Under the pieces are notes generated by a model. It was not told where the DNA came from. It saw nothing but the letters and a program-made list of their open reading frames with translations, and did no database searches. This document shows, piece after piece, positions 13,785 through 25,990 of a stretch of DNA of 64,000 bases. Location: assembly GCA_030390025.1 (NCBI GenBank), contig CM059431.1:95792001-95856000 (forward strand), read 5' to 3'. A program made the position numbers and the translations under genes. The stretch's first letter is position 1, and every line of letters starts with the position of its first letter. Source of the stretch: Squalus acanthias. Taxonomy: Eukaryota.

Positions 13785-16138
13785 AATCCTTGGCTGTAAG
13801 ATTTAGGCACAGGTCTCTCCAAACCGAGATTAAAAGCTCCAATGAGCAGGCTGTGGCTGGAGAGCAAGATCGACCCTCCCCTCCAAGAACTGTCAGGCGC
13901 CAGTGTGTCTGTGTTCCATCGCTAACTGACATCACATGAGCTTCGCCAGCACTCTGAGGTAGCGCCTCGCTCCTCGGCCTTTGCGCCTTAAGAGAGGTGT
14001 GTAGCGCCTGATTCAGCGCTCCAATCACCTCCAGGGGCGATAAAAGCCAAGTTTGCAGTCGGAGGCGATAATTAGCGCCAGTCGCTAAACTTTGCGCACG
14101 GCCGATAATCGCGCCCCAAACGGGGCGATACTGAATTTTTCCCCCAATATGTTTGAATTAAAAATCCTTATCCACTCAATTAATTTTTTCCCGGAACCAA
14201 ATGCTTCCAAAACCATCAATAAAATCTCATGAGAGACCCTATCAAAGGATTTCTCTTGATCTATCTAACACATAAGCCTCCCTCCCATTCTCTTCCATGA
14301 GCTCTATCGCATCTCGGATTGACTCCACAGAGTCTGCGATATCCCGTCCTACAACTCCATAGGACTGAGAGGGCCAAACTATCTGCGGCATCACCTCCTT
14401 CATACGATTTGCCATAACCCTCACCAAGATCTTATAATCCACATTTAATAATGTGATGGGCCTCCAATTCTTCAGATCCCTTCTATCCCCTTTATTTTTA
14501 GAAGCTAAGCTTAAGATACCTCTCCTCATAGATGGGGCCAGGTTTCCCTCAATTTTAATCTCCTTAAAAGCCTCTAAAGAGAAATGGACTTAAAATCTCA
14601 AAATTCTTTATAATATTCTGCACTTAGTCCATCGGACCCTGGGCTTTCCTTCCGTTTCATTCCACTTATTGCTACTTTTATTTCCACTAATCCTACTTCT
14701 TTGTCACACAAGCTTCTCTCATCCTCCTTTAAACCCTCTTCAATAGAAACATTAAGCTTCTCCATCACCAATTTGGAAATGTCTTGTTTTGTATATAACT
14801 CTTGATAAAAGCTACTAGCCGCCTCCAAAATCTCCCCACTTTCATTCATGATCTTCTCCCCAACCCGCAACTCTCTAATTAATGATAATCTCTGTTGCAG
14901 CTTCTCCTGCTCTAGAAAATATCTCGTGCATCTTTCTCCCTCCAACGCATCTTTAGCCTTTGCACAGAGAATGGCCCCCTTGCAATTTTCAGCTTGCAAT
15001 AATTCCTACTCTTCCTTTAAAACCACCCACTTAGTCTCTGATCCCTTATCCCCTCCATCAACTGCTTTACAGATATCCATAAACCTTCTGTTTATCTTCT
15101 CTTCTCGACGCCGGTTAGCTGCTGCTCTCTCTTTCCCATAACGCACCGAGAAAACCTTTACCTCATATTTGAAATTGTCCCACCAAACACTTCTTTCTTT
15201 CAAGAATAAAGGTTCATTCTGAGCATTCTTTATTATATTTAAAATCCCTTCTTTCTAAGCAATTTCTTTCAGGTATTGATTGTTTAAAATCCATATCTCT
15301 GGACTGATTTTAACCCTGCTGTTCCTAATTCTAAGAACCAAAGCTGAGTGGTCACTAAAAAATACTTTTTTATAATAAATCTCCATCACCTCAGAACATA
15401 ACCCTTCCTGCATTAACACAAAATCTATCTGGCTCTGTTTTAAAACATTACCCACCCAACCTCTTCTGGAGAACTCCCTTTTTATGGGGATCCGATCCCT
15501 CCATAAATCTCTCAAATGTAAATTTGCCATAATTTTTACAATCATCCCTCTGGAGTTATCATCCTTAAAGGTCATCTGGGCTGAAATGTCCATCTGAGAT
15601 AAAAATACATTAAAATCCCCCACTATACAAGGGTTTTCCGCCTCTGCCATTTCTGAATAACCATCGAAAAATCTCACGATGGTCGTTCGAGCAATAGATA
15701 TTAAAGAGTTCATAATTAAATTCCTCCATTTTTACCTTTAGCTGTAAAAATCTCCCCTCAGTGACCTTGTCCACCAAGGCAACGTTCTTTTTTATGGACG
15801 GACTCACCAAAACAGCCAATCCTCTACGATTATTGTTTGTGTAACGTGCAAACACCTCTCCCTTCCAAACCTTCCGAACTCTTTATAGGATATCCTCATC
15901 CCACAAGGTTTCTTGCAGATACAACAGGTCAGTGCCTTTAAAACACTGCAACAACTGCTGCAATTTTGTTCACATTAATCGAGACCAATGTAATCATGAC
16001 TCCTAATAAAAGAAGTGTGCCTGATAATGCCCCCATTATTTAAACCCCTTCCCTCCTCTCATGCTCCTTCCCAACTATTCAGGCAGCTGTTGCTTTCTCC
16101 TGCAGCCTCCGACTCTTTTTCACCTCCTGTTTGAACCT

Positions 16139-17570
16139 TCACTGCAGTTTCTGCCTCTTCCTTACATTAGATTTCGGCTGAGGGGCTTCCCCTTCTCCCT
16201 CCTTCTGCCCCTCACTAACCTCTCCCGTTCCACATGATGCCACCCCACCCCCTACTTCCATGTCTCTGTTCCCCTCTGATTTCTCACTCTCGAGCTCTTC
16301 TGTAACCTCCAACAGTGCAGCTCCCTTCAGCCTCAACTCCACTGCTGACCCTTGCTCCCCGTTTCTTTTCCCTCTGGGACAATGGTCAAGGTCTTCACCT
16401 ATCTTGCTCCCTTCTGCCGTCTTTGTCTCCCCACTCCCCTCCTGCTGCCCCTTTAAGGCTCCTGCCTCTTGCACCCTCTCCTTGTCTCGTCCCCTCCTGC
16501 TCCCCGAGATGTCTTTCTTTGGAGTACTTACAATTACCCCGCTCCCGCCTCCGCTTCCCCCGCGGACACCAGATTCTTTAAGGAGAGCTGAGCCGTATTG
16601 TGGCTTGACCCGTGCTGTTCTCCGCTGTCTTTGTCCTTTTCCACCATACTCGGTGTGTTTTTCACCATCTCCATCCTGTTCTCCGCTCCGCAATCTTCTC
16701 TCTCTTCCTGCATTCTTTTCTCCTTCCATTCACTGGCTGTGTCCTCCGCTCCTGTGGTCGCTCCACTCACACCTCCTTCTCCTTCTCCCATCTCCTCATC
16801 ACTCAAGGGCTTCTGTCTGCCTGACACTCACAGCGGGTGGAGCCTTTGTGACACACCCCACAGCTCTCCACCATGCAGCTCCGAGCGATGTGTCCAGACT
16901 CACCGCAGTTATAACAGTACAGGTCTGGACAGTTTCTTACAAGATGGTCATGTCCAAAACAATAATAACAAACCTTCACCTGGTTATCGTGTAGTACCCG
17001 GAAATACTGCACTACTTCCATTGTCTCAAATTTCATGCTATACGGCAGCGACCTCACCCCCTTTGGGAACCGCACCTTCACATAACGGGTCCCATCTGCT
17101 ACCCGTGTTCCTGGATAGTATCTCCTCTTTAAAGCTGAGCAAATTTTAATGTCCCACGACTCCAACTTTTTTATTAGCACATCGTCCTCATTATAAACCG
17201 GCAGGTTTAAGAATGAGACCACCACCTCTTCAGAATATAGCAGAGATACCTCCAAGAACTTAACTCCAACCTTCAAACTCAGTAAAAGTCTTTCCACCTC
17301 CTCTCGGCCACTGACCGTCACCTCAAACCCAACATTTGGCTTTGGTTGGCAGGCAAAGCAGCTTCCCTCACCGCAGTCCTCATGCACAGCCTGGATAATA
17401 TCCCAAACTCGTATCTCCTTATCCTCGCAATGAACTACCACCGTATATTCCTTTCCAAACCTCCTGGAGTCCTGGCCTGAATCTTTGGGCCTTTTATTCT
17501 CCCTTCCCCCAACATTTTCTCCCCTGATTAAATTCATCCTGGGAACATTGTCCTCTGAGGGGCCTGGCAC
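16139..17570 (-). pseudogene. Tx1 ORF1: RRM-like region plus CCHC zinc knuckles and a low-complexity tail (frameshifted)
   Basis: VSFLNLPVY...DGTRYVKVRFP...CYYCFGHDHLVRNC, CYNCGESGHIARSC. Confidence 0.85.
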
Positions 17571-17740
17571 GCCTGCTGCTGTTTATGAATCAAAAAGGCA
17601 CTAAAACCTGAAATAAAAACACCACCAACTTTTCTCAAACTCACTCAAAATCCCTGCAGTAATCAAGCACCAAGCAGCACCTGCTCACTCCTAGCCCCTC
17701 CCACCTAGAGCGTGCTACCCACTGAGCCACAGCTGACACT

Positions 17741-18398
17741 TGGAAGAGCAAGGGTAAATAAATGGTAGCCAACATGGATTTATTAAAGGCAAATCATGTC
17801 TGACAAACCTGATTTGAGTTCTTGAATGAAATAACAGAGAGGGTTGATGAAGGTAGTGCAGTTGCTGTTGCGTATTTGGCCTTTCAGAAGGTGTTTGATA
17901 AAGTGCCACATAATAGACTTGTTAGCAAAATTGAAGCCCATGGGATTAAAGGGGCAGTGGCAGCGAGAAAGCAGAGACTAGTGTCGAACAATTCTGTTTC
18001 AGACTGGAGGGAAGTATACAGTGGTGTCCCCAGGGGTCGGTGTTGGGACCACTGCTCTTTTTGATATATATTAATGACCTGCACTTGTGTACAAAGACCA
18101 ATATTTCAAAGTTTTCACATGACACAAAGCTTATAAATGTACTAAGCAGTGACGAGGATAGTAACAGACTTCAGGAGGACATAGACTGACTGGTGAAATG
18201 GGCAGCACATGGCAGATTAAATTTAATGCAGAGAAATGTGAAGTGATGTATTTTGGAAGAAAAAATGAGGAGAGGCAATATAAACTAAATGGTACAATCT
18301 GAAAGTGGGTGCTGGAACAGAGAGATCTGGGGGTTCACATACACAAATCTTTGAAGGTGGCAGGACAAATTAATAAAGCTGGGCTTTATAAATAGACA
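17741..18398 (+). mobile_element. Degraded CR1 RT fragment
   Basis: ORF 17822-18064: FQKVFDKVPHNRL...SGVP. Confidence 0.8.
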
Positions 18399-18494
18399 CT
18401 CACAGCTAAAAATTCGAATTAGGCCCAAAAATGGGCGCGGGAATCACGATCATTGTTCGCTCTCACGTTTTTGGGGGTGCACGGTCCCCTTAAG

Positions 18495-21152
18495 TGATTA
18501 AAGAAACTATTACATCTGTGAGGAGGGATGATATGTTGGAGGGATCATCAAACGAAGCCATATGGGTCGAATTGAAAAACAAAAAAGGGGCGATCACACT
18601 GCTGGGAATGTACTACAGACCCCCAAACAGTGAGAGGGAGATAGAAGAACAAATATGTAGACAAATTTCTGAGAAGTGCAAAAACTATAGGCCAGTAATA
18701 GTAGGGGATTTCAACTACCCCAATATTAACTGGGATAAAATTAGTGTGAAGGGTATCGAGGGTGCGGAATTCCTAAAAGGCATCCAGGAGAACTTTTTTA
18801 GCCAGTATGTAGCAAGCCCAACAAGGGAGGGGACGGTTCTGGACTTAGTTTTAGGGAATGAAGCTGGGCAGGTAGAAGGCGTATCAGTGGGGGAGCATTT
18901 TGGTGCTAGTGACCATAATTCTGTTAGATTTAAGGTAGTTATGGAAAAGGACAAGGATAGACCAGGAATAAAAATTCTAAATTGGGGAAAAGCAAATTTT
19001 GCTAAGCGAGGGGATTTAGCCATAGTGGACTGGAAACAGCTACTTGAAGGCAAATCAGTGTCAGAGCAGTGGGAGGCATTCAAGGAGGAGATCCGGAGCG
19101 GTCAGACCAAATATGTGCCCTTAAAGAAAAAAGGTGGGATTAACAAATCTAGAGCCCCCTGGATGTCTAGAGACATACAGGGTAGGATAAAGAAAAAAAG
19201 GGAGGCGTATGACAGATACCGAGGGCTAAATACTCCAGAATCTTTAGAGGAGTACAGAAAGTGCAGGGGTGCAATTAAAAATATTAGGAAAGCAAAGAGA
19301 GAGCATGAAAAATTCTTGGCAAGTAAAATCAAGGAAAACCCAAAGATGTTTTATAAATATATTAAGAGTAAGACGATAACTAAAGAAAGGGTAGGGCCTA
19401 TTAGAGATCATGAGGGTAATCTGTGTGTGGAGGTGGGAGACATCGGTAGGGTTCTTAATGAATACTTTGCGTCTGTTTTCACAAAGGAGAGGGGCGAAGC
19501 AGACATTGCTATCGGGGGGGGAGGAGGGTGAAATATTAGATGAAATAAACATAGTGAGAGAGGAAGTATTAAGGGGTTTAGGAGCTTTAAAAGTGGATAA
19601 ATCCCCAGGCCCGGATGAAATGTATCCCAGGCTGTTAAGCAAAGCAAAAGAGGAAATAGCAGAGGCCCTGACCATCATTTTTCAATCCTCTCTGGCTTCA
19701 GGTGTGGTGCCGGAGGACTGGAGGACTGCTAGTGTGGTACCCTTGTTTAAAAAGGGAGAAAAGGATAGACCGAGTAATTACAGGCCAGTCAGCCTAACCT
19801 CGGTGGTGGGAAAATTATTGGAAAGAACTCTGAGGACAGGATAAATCTTCATTTAGAAAGACACAGATTAGTCAAGGATAGTCAGCACGGATTTGTTAAG
19901 GGAAGGTCGTGTCTGACAAACTTGATTGAATTTTTTGAGGAGGTAACTAGGAGGTTAAATGAGGGTAGTGCGTTTGATGTAGTGTATATGGACTTTAGCA
20001 AGGCTTTTGATAAGGTTCCACATGGCAGACTGGTCACGAAGTTAAAAGCCCATGGGATCCAGGGCAAAGTGTCAAGTTGGATTCAAAACTGGCTCAGAGA
20101 CAGGAAGCAGAGGGAAATGGTTGATGGGTGTTTTTGTGACTGGAAGGCTGTTTCCAGCAGGGTTCCGCAGGGCTCAGTACAAGGTCCCTTGCTTTTTGTG
20201 GTATATATCAACGACCTTGACTTGAATATAGGGGGTATGATTAAGAAGTTTGCAGATGATACTAAAATCGGCTGTGTGGTTGATACTGAAGAAGGAAGCT
20301 GTAGACTGCAGGAAGATATCAATAAATTGGTCAGGTGGGCAGAACAGTGGCAAATGGAATTCAGTCCAGAGAAGTGTGAGGTAATGCATTTGGGGAGGGC
20401 TAACAAGGAAAGGGAATACTCATTAAATGGTAGGACACTGAGTAGTGTAGAGGAACAAAGGGACCTTGGAGTACATGTCCACAGATCCTTGAAGGTAGTA
20501 GGCCAAGTAGATAAGGTGGTTAAGAAGGCATATGGAATGCTTGCCTTTATTACCGTGGCATAGAATACAAGAGCAGGGAGGTAATGCTTCAACTGTATAA
20601 AACACTAGTTAGGCTTCAGCTAGAGTACTGCATGCAGTTCTGGTCACCACATTACAGGAAAGATGTGATTGCACTAGAGAGGGTACAGAGGAGATTTACA
20701 AGGATGTTACCGGGAGTAGAGAATCTTTGCTATGAGGAAAGATTGGATAGGCTGGGTCTGTTTTCCTTGGAACAGAGGAGGCTGAGGGGAGACCTTATTG
20801 AGGTGTATAAAATTATGAGGGGCCTAGATAAAGTGGATAGAAGGGACCTATTTCCCCTAGCAGTGGTGTCAACAACCAGGGGGCACAGATTTAAAGTAAT
20901 TGGTGGAAGGTTTAGAGGGGATTTGAGGGGAAATTGTGGGGGTCTGGAACTCACTGCCTGAAAGGATGGTAGAGGCAGAAACCCTAACCACATTTAAAAA
21001 GTACTTGGATGTGTACTTGGGATGCTCGAACCTGCAGGGCTATGGACCAAGAGCTAGGAAGTGGGATTAGGCTGGATAGCTCTTTGTTGGCCGGCGCGAA
21101 CACGATGGGCCGAAATGGCCTCCTTCCGTGCTGTAACTTTCTATGATTCTAT
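18495..21152 (+). mobile_element. 5'-truncated CR1 LINE (EN-RT ORF2, frameshifted) with 3' tail
   Basis: YYRPPN, VGDFNYP, SDHN, SPGPD, NYRPVSLTS, DFSKAFD, KFADD motifs; tail atgggccgaaatggcctcc...ctatgattctat. Confidence 0.92.
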
Positions 21153-21489
21153 AAAGTGGCTGCGCGGCCCATTCAAATTCTCATCCCATTTAAAAGCCGG
21201 TTAGCGGCCGCGCAGCTTAATGGGAACATTGATTGCGATGTGCGATCGGCCCGTTGAAAGGAGTGCAGGCAGCACGGAAACTTCTTGCTGCCTGCTACTT
21301 TGCATGATAGCAGTGCACAGCCCAACACTGAGTGCGCTACTGACTGGCTGTGTGCTCAGTAGGAGGCCGACGTTTGTGATGTTTGTAGGAGGCTAGCTAA
21401 CCTACGTTTCTTAAAGGTGGTCTATACCTCTTAACGGTGAGCTACCTCTGGTTATTAAAAATGATAAAACTACTTCAGCACAAACCAAA

Positions 21490-23350
21490 ATGGCTCAACA
21501 AGCCAGAGAATGGACACCCAGAGCCTCGGACGCAGCACTCAAGGCCTTTGTGCAGGGAGTGAACACCCAAAGAGAGGTCCACTAACCACAGGGGTCCAGG
21601 AGGCCCTCCAGAAACACTAAGAAGGTTGAGGGACCAGATCGCCGAGGCGGTCACTGCCAGGAGTGTCACTCTCCAGGACCTGGCTCCAGTGCCCAAAGAA
21701 GTTTTATGATCTCAGACAAATAGTCAAGGTCAGTGAATGCATCTTCAAAAGCCATCTACCAACTGCACCACTAGCCTCACACTGCTCAATGCATCATTCC
21801 CCTACCAACAATCTCTACCAAACACGACGCACACCTCATATTCCTAGCTTCACCTCACCCTCACACACTTATCACTACTGCAAGCCTTACACCCACAACT
21901 CACACCGTGCACACACTGTCAGCTATTCAGCCATGACACGCACATCACCCAAACACATTGCACCAAAATAATTGACACACTTCCTTTTCTCTTGCAGGCC
22001 AAGGTGGCTCATAACTGGAGAGAGTAGCAGTGAACCAGCGGGGGACAGGCAAGGCTACATGTCCTCACCACCATGGAGGAGAAGGTGCTGCAGATAATTG
22101 GAGGGACCGTCACTGAGGCTGTGGCGAGCAGCAACGTAGAAAGCATTCAAGATGACGGCATGCTCATACTTAATCTTCCTTCTCACATCCAAGTTCCTCC
22201 TCAGCCCAAAATCTGTTCTCAATTGCAAACTGATGATAGCATAAGCATGCACATCTTGCTTCCCCCCCCCCCCCACTTCCCTTCACCACAACCCTATCCT
22301 TGTGCTTTTCTCCTTTCAGATACCCAAGACCTCCGAGCTCTCTAGCCAGTGGTGGAAGAGGAGATTGTTGAAGAAGAAGAGACACCATCACTCGATTTGA
22401 CACTTGCAGGCACCAGCTCAGATACTGGCACTGCGTGCATTTTAGAGGGTAGTATAGAGGCGGCATCTGCACATGGTGACTCACCGGGCACAAGTGGGCT
22501 GCAGCCAGATCAGGTGGAAAGGGCAGGGCAGGTGCCAGCTCCCCGGAGGGCGAGGTCACACACTAGTTCTGCTGCAGAGGACTCAGATGAGGACTTCAAT
22601 AGGGCGGCCTACAGAAGATCACTGATGGGCATGCACAATGAGCTGCTTGGTGCATTGGCAGGCCTGCCAGAAAGCCTGCGTGCAATGTCAAGGAGCATGG
22701 AGCACTAACCTTGCACAGGGCTTTGCACAGTCCATCCTTTTCGGCGTGGAAGTGGAGGGCAGCTCCATTAGTGTACTTGTGGACCCAACCATGATGCAGC
22801 GTATTATGGCCAATGTCTCAGCTTTCATTGCAGCACAATCAAAAGCCGTCCAAAGTATGAGTGCTGCAGTGGAAGCTCAGACTGAAGTCATGCAAGAGCA
22901 GTTTGCTACCACGCAAGCACAGACTGCTGCCATCATAGCTGTGGTTACCAGTGTTGAAAGGGCATACAGGGTGTCACAGGAGTCCAGCAATCTGTCCTCC
23001 AACAGATTACTAGGATTGCTGAGGTGCCGACCTGGGGGAGTGGCAATGGCTCCGTGGAGCACAAACCTGCTGTTTTCTCTCAGGATGACAGCATTCGTCC
23101 TCCCACCACTGCCACTCGACAAGTGCCCTTGATGATGCCTGTCAGCCAGCCAACCCAGACTGCTGCCGCCCATGCTGAGGTGGTGCAGTCTGAAGCCAGG
23201 CCTTCTAGGCTCGAGGTCATCCTGCAAGGCCATCTGCAGTCACCCCCACTGAGAGTCAGCAGCCTTCCACCAGCCATGCTGCAGCCACTGGGGTAGCACT
23301 GCATAGGAGCACTAGGACAGGCAAAGGCACTCGGTAGTCAGGCACTAAGG
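21490..23350 (+). pseudogene. Harbinger Myb/SANT-like gene remnant (3 exons)
   Basis: MAQQARE..., RTWLQCPKKFYDLRQIVK|gtcagt; acceptors ttgcag|GCC (about 21998) and tttcag (about 22320). Confidence 0.7.
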
Positions 23351-23359
23351 GAATGCATA

Positions 23360-23829
23360 AAAAAGAAAGACTTGCATTTATATCGCGCCGTTCATGACCT
23401 CAGGACGTCCCAAAGCGCTTTACCGCCAATTAAGTACTTTTTGAAGTGTAGACACTGTTGTAACATCGGAAACGTGGCAGCCAATTTGCGCACTGCAAGC
23501 TCCCACAAACAGCAATATGATAATGACCAGATAATCTGTTTTTGTGATGTTGATTGAGGGATAAATACTGGCCAGGACACCAGGGATAACTCCCCTGTTC
23601 TTCTTTGAAATAGTGCCTTGTGATCTTTTACATCCACCTGAGAGAGCAGACGGGGCCTCGGTTTAATATCTTATCCGAAAGACGGCACCTCCAACAGTGC
23701 AGCACTCCCTCAGTACTGCACTGGAATGTCAGACTAGATTTTTGTGCTCAAGTCTCTGGAGTGGGACTTGAACCCACAACTTTCTGACTCAGAGGTGTGG
23801 GTGTTACCAACTGAGCCACAGCTGACACT
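23360..23829 (-). mobile_element. Full-length tRNA-derived Deu-domain SINE
   Basis: Minus strand: A box tggctcagttgg, B box ggttcaagtcc, Deu core, L2-like tail gcgcgatataaatgcaagtctttcttt. Confidence 0.85.
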
Positions 23830-23918
23830 GTCACAAGGGTGATTGGTTGACTTTGGTATGTAATATTTGATGGTTTGATTTATAAATTTGGTTTGGAATG
23901 TTTGTTTTGTGGTGGCTT

Positions 23919-25990
23919 TTATTGTCGCATTGTTGCCAAGACGACACTATGATGTTCAGTAACACAGAGAAGGTAAGGTGGGGAACTGTTGGTGAATGGG
24001 GAATTGGGGTTTCGGTCACTGGTACCGCAGTCAAATGAGTCAACCACAGACAGCCCAGCCAAAAGGGGCTGTGTTGGTTGCCTCCTCCCTTCCTCCTCCT
24101 CCTTCTCTTCCTCCTCCTCCTTCTCTTCCTCCTCCTCCTCAGCTCTTTGTTGTGTCCGTGGTGACAAGGGCTGTGCCCTCAAGATGGGGAGGTTGTGCAG
24201 CATGCAGCAGACCACGACGAAACTTGAGACGTGCTCTGGTGAGTACTGCAGGGCTCCTTCAGAGCAGTCCAGGCAGCAGAAGCATTGTTTAAGCACGCCA
24301 ATGGTCTGCTCTATCAGAATCCGTGTGGCAGCATGGCTTTCATTATATGCATGCTGCCCACGTGTGCATCAGTTGCACACCAGAGTCATGGGCCACGTGA
24401 TTAGCAGATGGCCCTTGTCGCCCAGTAGCCATCCTCTGGTTTGTCGCGGTGGCTCAAATGCGGATGGTACAGCGGACTGCCTCAGAATGAAGTCATCATG
24501 ACTGCTGCCAGGATACTGAGCAATGGCTTGCATGATGCGCTGAGTATGGTCACATACCAGCTGGACATTGCAGGAGTGGAATCCCTTCCGGTTGCGGTAC
24601 ATCTCCGAATTCACATATGGCACCTGCAAAGCGATATGCGTACCATCAATGGCACTCTGCACCATGGGGAAGCCTGCTATCCTGGCTAAGCCATGTGCTC
24701 ACTCCACCTGCTTCTCTCTGGCAAGAGCAAATGAAATGTGTTCACCTCTCTTTACATCCAGAGCCTCAGTGACCTCCCTTATGCAACAGTGCACGGCAAA
24801 CTGGGACATGTTGGAAATATTGCCTGCTCCAGGCTGGAAGGAGCCCTATGCATAAACATTCATGGCCACGCTCACCTTCACAGCCACTGGCAATGCCATC
24901 CTTGCCCTGCTCTGAGGCTGCAACAGGTGGCAGATTTCAGTGAGCACCTCTTTAGTGAAGCGGAGACATCACATACAGTGGGCTGGATTTTGTCTTGGGG
25001 TCGGGTTGGGGTCGTGTCATCTGCATTTCGTGTTTCCCCCCCGACTCCAGTTGAATGTGGAAGAATGATGCAATTTTCACTTAATTGGTCAATTGAGTTT
25101 GAGCATGTGGGAACCCATGAACTAATTAGTGGTTTCAGTCTGAAAGTCGCCTCTGATGATGTCATCATTGCTGACTGCCTAGTCTGAGAGACTGTTGGTG
25201 AGAGAGGACCTGCCTGCCTTGCTTTTGATTTGAGTGGACCTGGATGCAAGATGTGGGGGGAAGAAAGGAAGCAGAGAGAGAGAGAGAGAGAGACAGAGCG
25301 AGAGAGAGAGAGAGAGAGAGAGACTCGCACCAAATGCCACGCAGTCTCTGAACACATTCAATGCAGCAGCATCACACGCGACTTTCACACCACCTAATAC
25401 TACTACTACCTTCATCACATCTCTGTTGTAACAGTGGACCTGCAGCTGATAGTCAGCTATCCACTTGTGCTCCCGCCAGGTTTCACTGGAGTGATTCACA
25501 CCAGGCGTGCTTCACATCAGAAAAGGGTTAAACTAGCTGAAACGTTTTAAAATCGCATCACAGTGCCAATTTAGAGCTTGTTAAGGGCTTTAATGGCCTC
25601 TCCTGCCTCTTGGAGGCGGGACGGAGTCGGGAACCCTGCGACTGATTTTGTCAAAATTGCATGGAGGTGGAATGGAGTCGGGATGGGGTCGGGACCCCCA
25701 ACCACGCAAATTTAACCCCCCACACGCCTCCAAACCCGACTCCATGGGTCATTCAAAATCCAGCCCACTGTTTCTCGCTGAGGTTGAGGTAGGAGAATTG
25801 CTCCCTGAAGACCCTGGGTGGATATGGCCTCCTGCTGAGAGCCCTTCTCCCCCTCCTCCTGCTCCCTCTTCCAGCAGCTTGTCTTCCTCTGTGTGGCCTC
25901 TGCTCATTCTCCTTGTCATGCTGCAGGCCAAGGGTGATACAAACTACTGCACCCAAGTCTGGGAGCCAGTAGTCTGAGCAGAAGCCTTGA
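23919..25990 (-). pseudogene. Harbinger DDE transposase remnant, interrupted by a MITE
   Basis: SAIDGTH, NRKGFHS, YPGSSHD, WLLGDKG, VCCMLHN followed by an acidic run. Confidence 0.85.
24980..25766 (+). mobile_element. Harbinger-type MITE, family M1 (internal GA microsatellite)
   Basis: TIR gggctggatttt/aaaatccagccc; 3-bp TSD (agt/act); homologous to 31714-32474 and 54488-55242. Confidence 0.88.

Larger units (their letters stand above)
10126..14145 (+). mobile_element. PIF/Harbinger DNA transposon, structurally complete (about 4.0 kb)
   Basis: TIRs ggggggaaaattcagt / actgaatttttccccc; AAT TSD on both sides; convergent transposase and Myb/SANT genes. Confidence 0.92.
3575..15997 (-). pseudogene. 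Tx1 ORF2 (APE endonuclease-RT-C-terminal Cys/His region), split by insertions
   Basis: Starts MITLVSINV at 15997; ORF pieces at 15255-15713, 14598-14999, 14242-14529, 9691-10056 and 3575-4324 (EQPLFLN...CGTRDESLSHMLVLC); reading continues across the 4351-9230 insert (YKGVVE-TWAQF). Confidence 0.85.
3172..17707 (-). mobile_element. Full-length Tx1/L1-clade LINE (about 5.6 kb native; segments 3172-4350, 9231-10125, 14146-17707), decayed, with nested insertions
   Basis: Poly(A) tail at 3172-3179; 16-bp TSD 3156-3171/17708-17723; ORF1 with CCHC knuckles; ORF2 APE motifs (YLQET, GDFN, SQIDF, FSDH) and RT motifs (SPGSDGL, WRPITLLNVDYKIL, QYADDTT). Confidence 0.88.

Noticed and set aside
23740..23829. 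tRNA gene
   Set aside because: The A/B boxes belong to a SINE head contiguous with the Deu domain; no complete cloverleaf.
25138..25170. Hammerhead suggested by GAAA...CTGATGA in MITE M1
   Set aside because: Only 7 nt separate the motifs, so stems I and III cannot form.
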